Shown: positions 24,701 through 30,840 of the stretch, in pieces
Layout of the letters: every line of letters starts with the position of its first letter
Position numbering within the stretch: the first letter of the stretch is position 1
From: a virus
Strand: one strand, 5' to 3'
Virus record (IMG/VR): IMGVR_UViG_3300045988_081376
DNA length: 64,000 nucleotides
Position numbers and translations under genes: made by a program
Notes under the pieces: generated by a model
Databases searched by the model: none
Seen by the model: only the letters and a program-made list of their open reading frames with translations
Told to the model about the DNA's origin: nothing

Positions 24701-24967
24701 ATGAAAGCTAAACTGAACGATGCGCAGGCCCGCGCATATATCGCGGGCGAATCGAGCGAACCCGTGCAGGAGATTGAGCGTAAACACATTCTCCGCCTTG
24801 TGTCCGCTTTGCAGGAGGCTGCAGAGCGTCCCGGCATGAACCTCGCAAACCTGTGCAAAACCGCCGACCGCTATGTGGAAAATCATCAGAACACAGAAAA
24901 CCGGCAGGAGCTTTCCTTGCTGATTGCGGCCCGTGACGCCATCAAATCCCAATCAAATGAACAATGA
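24701..24967 (+). CDS. Hypothetical protein
   Basis: 88-aa ORF in operon orientation. Confidence 0.55.
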   Translation: MKAKLNDAQARAYIAGESSEPVQEIERKHILRLVSALQEAAERPGMNLANLCKTADRYVENHQNTENRQELSLLIAARDAIKSQSNEQ

Positions 24968-25025
24968 TTCGATGAAATCGAATCTGGTCCAGGAACCGCA
25001 AGAGTGCGAAAGGAGATCACCCCCC

Positions 25026-25241
25026 ATGTTTATGGTTTACTTCAAAGGCCCCAGAGACAAACAGCATAAGCCCATGAGCCTGAACACCGGCGAGCTGTTT
25101 AATCGCCTCGTTTATGCGCCCGTCTATGATGACGACCTCCTCCCCGCCGTCAAGTCGTGGATCGACCTGAACAAGAAGCGCGCCCCCGATTGCTCCATTC
25201 AGTGCCGCATCCCCGGCACATCGAAAGTCATTTACGCCTGA
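25026..25241 (+). CDS. Hypothetical protein
   Basis: MFMVYFKGPRDKQHKPMSLNTGELFNRLVYAPVYDDDLLPAVKSWIDLNKKRAPDCSIQCRIPGTSKVIYA. aaggag RBS. Confidence 0.55.
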   Translation: MFMVYFKGPRDKQHKPMSLNTGELFNRLVYAPVYDDDLLPAVKSWIDLNKKRAPDCSIQCRIPGTSKVIYA

Positions 25242-25279
25242 ACATCCCCCACAAAACCGCCCGGAAAGGAGCCCCCGTC

Positions 25280-25372
25280 ATGACCACTTTTTTCATCTTT
25301 GTTGGCGTCTCGACCACCGTCTACCACCTCATGCGCGTTCTTATCTATATCGACACCGGCGAAAAATGGTAA
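25280..25372 (+). CDS. Tiny hydrophobic peptide (30 aa)
   Basis: MTTFFIFVGVSTTVYHLMRVLIYIDTGEKW. aaaggag RBS 8 nt upstream. Confidence 0.4.
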   Translation: MTTFFIFVGVSTTVYHLMRVLIYIDTGEKW

Positions 25373-25445
25373 GGCGGCAAAAACTCCCCTTGGAGTATCG
25401 GCATATAATGAAAGCAGAATCTGAACAGAAAAGGAGAATATCGCC

Positions 25446-26159
25446 ATGCTGACCACTGAGCAGACCCTCGAGCGCGTTTTGCGCATCGCCCGCAGCCTCC
25501 CGGAAACGGAACGGCAGTATTTTGATTTTGCCCAGAAGCACCCGGTCGATTGCGGTAAGAATCACTCGGCAATCGGCGTCCAGTTGTCCGCCCTCGTCAT
25601 CGACCTGCGCGAAACCATCGCCACCGAGGAAGAATGCAAGCGCGGACGTGCCGCCCCGTATGCCGCCGCCAAGCGCATCTGCAAGCGCACCGTCGACCGC
25701 AACAGCCACCGCCCCAGCACGCAGGGCGCGTGGATCGACTCCGAAGGCAAGCAATGCCTCTGCGACGGCATGACCGGCGTTCGCCTGAACAGCCCCTTCA
25801 AATTGGCCGTAGCCCCTGAGCCTGAATGTGGCGAGCGATTCGACCTCGACGCCGTGATCCGTCCCATTCGTCTGAACAGCATCGCCCTGAAATCTCTGCC
25901 CGCCGAGGTTCGCGCCAAAATCAAATCCGACCGCGCCGAATACAAAGCGAGCGGTCGGTCTAAATACGAGTCGTTCGTTTCGACGTATGACTTCGGCGTG
26001 GGTCTTCCGTTGGTCAACGCGGAATATCTCCTTGATCTGCTCGAGCTTTTTCCTGATTGCGAAATCTACGCGCACGATAATCCGCTCTACCCCATTTACT
26101 TCAAAAGCGTCTCCAGTGAAGCCGTCCTTTGCCCCATCCGCAAAAGCGAAAAGGGCTGA
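25446..26159 (+). CDS. Hypothetical protein whose C-terminus resembles sliding-clamp (DnaN) domain III
   Basis: 237 aa. LVNAEYLLDLLELFPDCEIYAHDNPLYPIYFKSVSSEAVLCPIRKS is reminiscent of the DnaN C-terminal pattern N..YL.D.L......P......A.lMPmR. aaggag RBS. Confidence 0.45.
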   Translation: MLTTEQTLERVLRIARSLPETERQYFDFAQKHPVDCGKNHSAIGVQLSALVIDLRETIATEEECKRGRAAPYAAAKRICKRTVDRNSHRPSTQGAWIDSEGKQCLCDGMTGVRLNSPFKLAVAPEPECGERFDLDAVIRPIRLNSIALKSLPAEVRAKIKSDRAEYKASGRSKYESFVSTYDFGVGLPLVNAEYLLDLLELFPDCEIYAHDNPLYPIYFKSVSSEAVLCPIRKSEKG

Positions 26160-26177
26160 ACGGAACAGGAGTGCGTC

Positions 26178-26402
26178 ATGACCTACGACGTTTTTGATGC
26201 GGGCTATTCCCCGCCAGATCCGCGAAACCCCGGCCGCTATCTCGGCAGCGTCGAGATTCCCACCGCCCGTGAGGGAGTCCCGAACCGCGCCGCGCTCCGC
26301 TTTCTCGACCACCTCGACCGGACGCGCCGCAATGCCTACAGTGCCCGTTTCAATCTCGTGTCCCCCGCCGAGCGAAAAATCTACAAAAACTTTTTCGTGT
26401 GA
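26178..26402 (+). CDS. Hypothetical protein
   Basis: 74-aa ORF with aggag RBS. Last gene before box B. Confidence 0.55.
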   Translation: MTYDVFDAGYSPPDPRNPGRYLGSVEIPTAREGVPNRAALRFLDHLDRTRRNAYSARFNLVSPAERKIYKNFFV

Positions 26403-26406
26403 ACAG

Positions 26407-26442
26407 GGCGGCAAAAATTCGTTTGGAGCCACTGCGTATAAT
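26407..26442 (+). promoter_or_regulatory. Box B: 20-nt conserved element, 10-nt spacer, TATAAT (candidate phage-specific promoter)
   Basis: GGCGGCAAAAATTCGTTTGG (26407-26426), N10, TATAAT (26437-26442). Inverted copy of box A, with the same spacing to the -10. Confidence 0.6.
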
Positions 26443-26651
26443 AATACTTGAGGGCGGGAGATCAAACCCTCCCATGAGCGCGCGGCAGACATACGGGTGC
26501 GCCGGGTCTGCGCCGTGCAATAGTCCCGACGTCGCGCCGCCCTCGCTCCATGGCCTCCTTTCTGTTATATAAGCCCTTCCGTAAGAAAGGCTGCGCTGGT
26601 GTTGCGAGTGAATCCGTCTCCGGCGTCCCGCGGGCAGTTCGCGCAGGAACG

Positions 26652-26683
26652 GTGGTTGAGGTGCGGGAACGCACCTCAACCAC
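26652..26683 (+). promoter_or_regulatory. 14-bp perfect hairpin with GGAA loop, 25 nt upstream of the HNH start
   Basis: GTGGTTGAGGTGCG-GGAA-CGCACCTCAACCAC. No U-tract follows. Confidence 0.5.
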
Positions 26684-26708
26684 GAGCTGAGAATGAAAGT
26701 GGTTTTGT

Positions 26709-27248
26709 ATGGAAGAAATCTGGAAGGAAATCGAAGGGTTCCGTGGGAAATACTTCGTGAGCAATTGGGGGCGTGTCAAAAATAAAGCCGGTCGAATTAT
26801 CAGCCAGCACGCTCGAAAAAGCAGATATAACTATGTTGAAGTAGAACTGTGGCTGGACACCGTCAGGCATTTGTGCAAAGTGCATCGTTTAGTGGCAAAA
26901 GCATTCGTTGAAAATCCGTGTCATTATCCAGAGGTCAATCACAAAGACGAAAACCATCTCAACAACCGAGCCGATAATTTAGAATGGTGCGACCATCTAT
27001 ATAATTGCAGATACGGGACGAGGGGAGCTCGCATAGGTGCAAAGCTTTCTCGATCGGTCATCCAGTTGAAAAACGGGGAAATCGTCGCCGTATGGGACAG
27101 TGTTAGAGCCGCTGAAAAAGCAGGGTACACCCGCGCAAGCATCGTAAGATGCTGTAACGGAGAATATTCGCACCATAAGGGATACCAATGGGAATTCTTT
27201 AATGCGGGCATAGCTCAGCTAAGAAGAGCGCACGAGCCATATTCGTGA
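26709..27248 (+). CDS. HNH homing endonuclease (NUMOD4 + HNH_3 + C-terminal DNA-binding module)
   Basis: 179 aa. EIWKEIEGFRGKYFVSNWGRVKN (NUMOD4), VHRLVAKAFVENP..EVNHKDENHLNNRADNLEW (HNH_3), VWDSVRAAEKAGYTRASIVRCCNG. The last ~45 nt overlap the tRNA-like gene. Confidence 0.85.
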   Translation: MEEIWKEIEGFRGKYFVSNWGRVKNKAGRIISQHARKSRYNYVEVELWLDTVRHLCKVHRLVAKAFVENPCHYPEVNHKDENHLNNRADNLEWCDHLYNCRYGTRGARIGAKLSRSVIQLKNGEIVAVWDSVRAAEKAGYTRASIVRCCNGEYSHHKGYQWEFFNAGIAQLRRAHEPYS

Positions 27249-27277
27249 GGTCGTGGGGGCGGAACCCACTGCCCGCA
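27204..27277 (+). tRNA. Aberrant tRNA-like gene (anticodon position CAU; C33 and non-canonical T-loop); possibly a pseudo-tRNA
   Basis: Hand fold: GCGGGCA TA GCTC-AGCTAAGAA-GAGC G CACGA-GCCATAT-TCGTG AGGTC GTGGG-GGCGGAA-CCCAC TGCCCGC A. All four stems pair, but the anticodon loop lacks U33 and the T-loop lacks TTC. Confidence 0.5.
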
Positions 27278-27575
27278 AAATCAAATGAAAGGGGCGAGTT
27301 ATCGAATGTATTTTTACGAGCCTTCTTGCGCTGCGATCAGGCTCATCGCGCAAATACTCGCCCTTGCGGTCTACTTGATCTCCCACCCGATCATGCCCGC
27401 AGAATCGTATCAGCGCCCCGCGCAGGCGCACAAGTGCGGTGATGGAAGACTCTATACCACGGGGTTTATCTAGTGCCGATTTGTGGGTGGGAATTGTGAA
27501 ATGCAACTAATAGGGCGTTCTATCGGAGCGAGGATTGAGCGAAAGACTCCCCTCGCCGCCCTCGTTCCGATATAT

Positions 27576-27651
27576 GCGGCGGTAGCTCAGCAGGCAGAGC
27601 ATCAGACTTCCAATCTGAGGGTCGCGGGTTCGAGACCCGTCCGCCGCTCCA
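27576..27651 (+). tRNA. tRNA-Gly (UCC)
   Basis: Hand fold: GCGGCGG TA GCTC-AGCAGGCA-GAGC A TCAGA-CTTCCAA-TCTGA GGGTC GCGGG-TTCGAGA-CCCGT CCGCCGC T CCA. 76 nt with encoded CCA. Confidence 0.85.
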
Positions 27652-27771
27652 CGCGCCACTTTGGTGGGCGCTTCATGGTTTTTCTCCTCGCTATAAAAAG
27701 GCTCCAGCGGGCGGCAAATCGCTGGATCGGATGAAAAGCCCCGACGGCGGGAGGAAATGCCCGCCATATAT

Positions 27772-27875
27772 GGAGACGTGACAGAACGGCAATGTAAGAT
27801 CCGCTCCGGGCAGTTAGGTGGGACATCTCCCGGTAGCGAAACCACCGTGCGGGGTTCGAGTCCCCGCCGTCTCCA
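27772..27875 (+). tRNA. Oversized (104-nt) tRNA-like gene, identity unassigned
   Basis: Acceptor GGAGACG/CGTCTCC. Class-II-like D-arm TG ACA-GAACGGCAA-TGT. Canonical T-arm CGGGG-TTCGAGT-CCCCG. About 55 nt lie between the D and T arms and I could not fold them into a standard anticodon plus variable arm. Confidence 0.45.
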
Positions 27876-27966
27876 CAAAAGCGCCCCTTGCGGAGTTGGT
27901 GGCGCTATACAAGTAAAGGAAACCGACGCCAGATCGCCCGCCATGGCGTAAACAAGGCGGGGATTT

Positions 27967-28045
27967 GCATCCGTAGCTCAGAGGGGCAGAGCGTCGAGGA
28001 ATTTCACGCCTCTAAATGTCGCCGGTTCGAGTCCGGCCGGATGCA
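27967..28045 (+). tRNA. Aberrant tRNA-like gene (extended anticodon arm; possible UUC/Glu reading)
   Basis: GCATCCG TA GCTC-AGAGGGGCA-GAGC ... GCCGG-TTCGAGT-CCGGC CGGATGC A. The central 22 nt TCGAGGAATTTCACGCCTCTAA give a GAGG/CCTC stem with either a 9-nt loop or a 7-nt loop AUUUCAC closed by an A.G pair. Confidence 0.5.
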
Positions 28046-28256
28046 CTAATTCGACGTGGACGCCGCGAGTGGATAGCGTTTTAGCGGAGCAGCCGCCTGG
28101 CCGATGCGAAGTCCTGAAGTAAGGCCCTCAAGTGCCGATGTTGTAATTGCGCCTATGGTTCTCTGGCTAAAGCGGCACACGGATAGAACCCGACAGCCGG
28201 GAAAGACCGGCACAGGACCCCGCGCACCTCTCAACGATGTGTCCCAGCGGGGACAT

Positions 28257-28331
28257 ACAGGCGTAGCCAAATGGTAAGGCATGGGACTTTGACTCCCAGA
28301 TATGCAGGTTCGACCCCTGCCGCTTGCACCA
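28257..28331 (+). tRNA. tRNA-Gln (UUG)
   Basis: ACAGGCG TA GCC-AAATGGTAA-GGC A TGGGA-CTTTGAC-TCCCA GATAT GCAGG-TTCGACC-CCTGC CGCTTGC A CCA. Positions 1-72 are an A.C mismatch. The Gln-type D-arm resembles bacterial tRNA-Gln. Confidence 0.8.
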
Positions 28332-28362
28332 TCCAAATTTTCACGAAAGGAGGCCCATCCCA

Positions 28363-28638
28363 ATGACCAAACCCGAGTTGATCGACAAGCTTGCCGAGGA
28401 AGCCGGCACCACCAAGGCGCAGGCTGAGCGCGATCTCACCGCCCTGTATTCCATCATCACTGCCGCCCTGGTTGGCGGCGATAGCGTCGCCATCCCTGGT
28501 ATCGGCAAGTTCGAAGTCAAGGAGCGCGCCGAGCGCAAGGGGCGCAACCCCTCGACCGGCGAAAGCGTCATCATCCCCGCGAGCAAGGCCGTCACCTTCA
28601 AGGCGGCCAAAACGCTCAAGGACGCCGTTCGCGGCTGA
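28363..28638 (+). CDS. hup: HU/IHF-family DNA-binding protein
   Basis: MTKPELIDKLAEEAGTTKAQAERDLTALYSIITAALVGGDSVAIPGIGKFEVKERAERKGRNPSTGESVIIPASKAVTFKAAKTLKDAVRG. aaaggagg RBS. The ORF-track start 28324 lies inside the tRNA. Confidence 0.9.
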   Translation: MTKPELIDKLAEEAGTTKAQAERDLTALYSIITAALVGGDSVAIPGIGKFEVKERAERKGRNPSTGESVIIPASKAVTFKAAKTLKDAVRG

Positions 28639-28653
28639 TCTCTAAACGGAAAC

Positions 28654-28690
28654 GCCCCGAGCGCGCACAAAGCCGCTCGGGGCTTGCCCT
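28654..28690 (+). terminator. Hairpin downstream of the HU gene (weak terminator)
   Basis: 10-bp stem GCCCCGAGCG/CGCTCGGGGC (28654-28683), followed by TTGCCCTT. Confidence 0.45.
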
Positions 28691-28800
28691 TAAAATCGAA
28701 ATTTTTAGTATATCAGAAAATCCAATTTTGGATTTTCTAATACGCTAAGACATAAGGAAAACGAGGCAAAGACTTCACCCCAACAGAAGGAGGAACCCCC

Positions 28801-29433
28801 ATGCCATCTGCCATCAACTTAACCGGCCAGCGGTTCGGACATCTTCGAGTAATCAGACCCATGAAAACACGTTCATATGGAAGTTTAAAATGGCTTTGCG
28901 TATGCGACTGTGGAAAGGAAACCATTGTCGCCGGCGGGCATCTGCGGTCAGGGCATACAAAGTCCTGCGGGTGTCAAAGAAATGCAATAAATCCTATGAA
29001 GACACACGGCGAATCGAAAACGCGCTTGTATAACGTTTGGCTTCTCATGCGGAGAAGATGCTCCAACCCAAAAGCCAAAGAATATGCTCGATACGGCGGT
29101 AGAGGTATCGCTGTTTGCGAAGAATGGCAGAACAGTTTCGAAGCGTTCCGCGACTGGGCGCTTGCAAACGGGTATAATAAAAATGCCGCCTATGGTGAAT
29201 GCACCCTCGACCGCATTGATGTGAACGGGAACTACTGTCCAGAGAATTGCCGATGGGCCAATGAATTGGTTCAGGCAAACAATCGGCGTTCAAATCGCGT
29301 ATTTGAAATTAACGGGCAAGCAAAAACGTTAGCAGAATGGTGTCGGATGACCGGCGCTTGCGATTCGACAGTTCGCCGCAGAATTGCCCGTGGGGTTCGG
29401 GTAGAAAATCTATTCAAGAAAGGGCGGGTTTAA
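28801..29433 (+). CDS. Degenerate HNH-like, Zn-ribbon DNA-binding protein, paralog 3
   Basis: 210 aa. [72 protein letters not shown]. gaaggagg RBS. Lower GC than paralogs 1 and 2. Confidence 0.6.
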   Translation: MPSAINLTGQRFGHLRVIRPMKTRSYGSLKWLCVCDCGKETIVAGGHLRSGHTKSCGCQRNAINPMKTHGESKTRLYNVWLLMRRRCSNPKAKEYARYGGRGIAVCEEWQNSFEAFRDWALANGYNKNAAYGECTLDRIDVNGNYCPENCRWANELVQANNRRSNRVFEINGQAKTLAEWCRMTGACDSTVRRRIARGVRVENLFKKGRV

Positions 29434-29434
29434 A

Positions 29435-30520
29435 ATGTCTTATTATTTTGATAGCGCAAGCACGGAAGAAGTTTCAAGCGTTGCGTGGGAAGCCATGAAG
29501 CAAGCCCCATTTGGCAACCCATCCAGCCTGCACAGTGAAGGATGGCGCGCAAGAGAATCTTTGGAGCGTAGCCGCGCTCAAATTTTATCATTATTAGGCG
29601 CTGGCAATAACTATGAACTTTATTTCACCAGCGGAGCAACGGAGGCGTGTAATACCGCTATTCATTCCATGCAAAAAGCTGTCGGAATTTCAGAAACTTA
29701 TGCGTCGCCTTTTGAACATCATGCGATATTGGAATGCGTTTCTGGGCGGGTTCTTCCAAATGATAAAGTCGCAAACACGGGTGCTTATGCGCAGATGCTC
29801 GCCAATAACGAGACTGGAGAGATTTACGATATTGCGGCCCTGCGGGGGAGTTTTTCAGGACTTCTTGCCTGCGATATAACAAGCGCCGTTGCACACATCC
29901 CCATCAACCTTCTGGATTTCAATGTGGATTACGCTATGTTCGGCGGTCATAAATTTGGAACTCCAAAAGGCATCGGCGCTCTGATCGTCCGCGATGGCGC
30001 TCCCGTTACCCCCATGATCTGCGGCGGCAATCAGGAACGCGGAATGCGCGGCGGAACCGAGAGCGTTGCCCTCGCCTGCGCTATGGCAGCCGCCCTTGAA
30101 AAGCGCTGCGAAACCATGTATGATGACATTGCCCGCATCGCAGAGCTGCGCGACGAGTTCATTACCGAAATTCTCCGTCTCGTGCCGGATGCCTACATCA
30201 ACGGCCCTTGGGTCATCTGCGACGCATCGCGCCGCCTGCCCAATAACGCCAACATCAGCTTTCTCGGCGTGGAATCGCAGTCCCTTGTGCTCGCCCTGTC
30301 TCGTAAGGGGCTGTGCGCCTCCAGCGGCAGCGCCTGCACCAGCGGCAGCCTTGAAGGAAGCTACGTTCTCCGCGCCATGGGGCTTTCCGAAGAGCGCGCC
30401 CGCTCCGCCGTCCGCTTCTCCCTCCCGTATCGCATTACGCAAGGCGAGCTGAAGCAGGCGGTTGAGATCGTCGTGAGTACCGTTTCCGAGCTGCGCGCAC
30501 TCTCTCCCGCTTGCCCCTGA
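29435..30520 (+). CDS. Cysteine desulfurase (NifS/IscS/DndA-type, class V aminotransferase)
   Basis: 361 aa. FTSGATEACNTAIH, GGHKFGTPKGIGALIV (PLP lysine), MRGGTES, SSGSACTSG (active-site Cys). The ATG lies 1 nt after the upstream TAA. Confidence 0.85.
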   Translation: MSYYFDSASTEEVSSVAWEAMKQAPFGNPSSLHSEGWRARESLERSRAQILSLLGAGNNYELYFTSGATEACNTAIHSMQKAVGISETYASPFEHHAILECVSGRVLPNDKVANTGAYAQMLANNETGEIYDIAALRGSFSGLLACDITSAVAHIPINLLDFNVDYAMFGGHKFGTPKGIGALIVRDGAPVTPMICGGNQERGMRGGTESVALACAMAAALEKRCETMYDDIARIAELRDEFITEILRLVPDAYINGPWVICDASRRLPNNANISFLGVESQSLVLALSRKGLCASSGSACTSGSLEGSYVLRAMGLSEERARSAVRFSLPYRITQGELKQAVEIVVSTVSELRALSPACP

Positions 30521-30549
30521 TATCGAAATTTTCAAAGGAGTTTTTTGCC

Positions 30550-30840
30550 ATGAAAATTCTTGACCCCGGCGCCGTGCTGCGCTATAAGGCCCTCAAAGAA
30601 TCCGCCAATCATCTCGCGGTCGCCCCCTTTATCAAGATCGTTTCCCTCGACCCGTGCGAGGAACGCGAGACCGCCGGCATCGGCCTTGAGTTCCCCAACA
30701 ACTGCGCAATGATGAACCCCGGCGTTCGCAACGCCGTTTCGTTCCTTTTCGCCCAATGCGACACCGTGCAGATGAACCGCACCGACGCAGGTATTTCCCT
30801 CGTCTTCACCATTTTCAATGTCTGGAAGGAGGAACCGTAA
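30550..30840 (+). CDS. Hypothetical protein
   Basis: MKILDPGAVLRYKALKESANHLAVAPFIKIVSLDPCEERE... aaggag RBS. Confidence 0.6.
   Translation: MKILDPGAVLRYKALKESANHLAVAPFIKIVSLDPCEERETAGIGLEFPNNCAMMNPGVRNAVSFLFAQCDTVQMNRTDAGISLVFTIFNVWKEEP

Noticed and set aside
23417-24952. 511-aa minus-strand ORF antisense to 23354-24637. Similar long antisense ORFs occur at 25341-26492, 3818-4567, 36936-38609, 45376-47148, 53291-54718, 54736-57051 and 57184-58500.
   Set aside because: Their composition is typical of shadow frames in high-GC DNA: runs of G/A/R/V/L/H, few K/N/I/Y, and no recognisable motifs. They lack RBS-linked starts. The opposite-strand ORFs carry the recognisable domains, operon coupling and Shine-Dalgarno sites.
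27285-27473. A 62-aa plus-strand ORF with a hydrophobic stretch between two tRNA-like genes.
   Set aside because: There is no Shine-Dalgarno sequence. The region also forms long-range helices (GGGGCGAGT / ACTCGCCC), which are more consistent with a transcribed spacer.
27967-28045. The string CTCTAAA inside this tRNA-like gene could be read as an anticodon loop with CUA (amber suppressor).
   Set aside because: The five bases on either side (CACGC / TGTCG) cannot pair. That loop is therefore not closed by a stem in any register compatible with the D and T arms.
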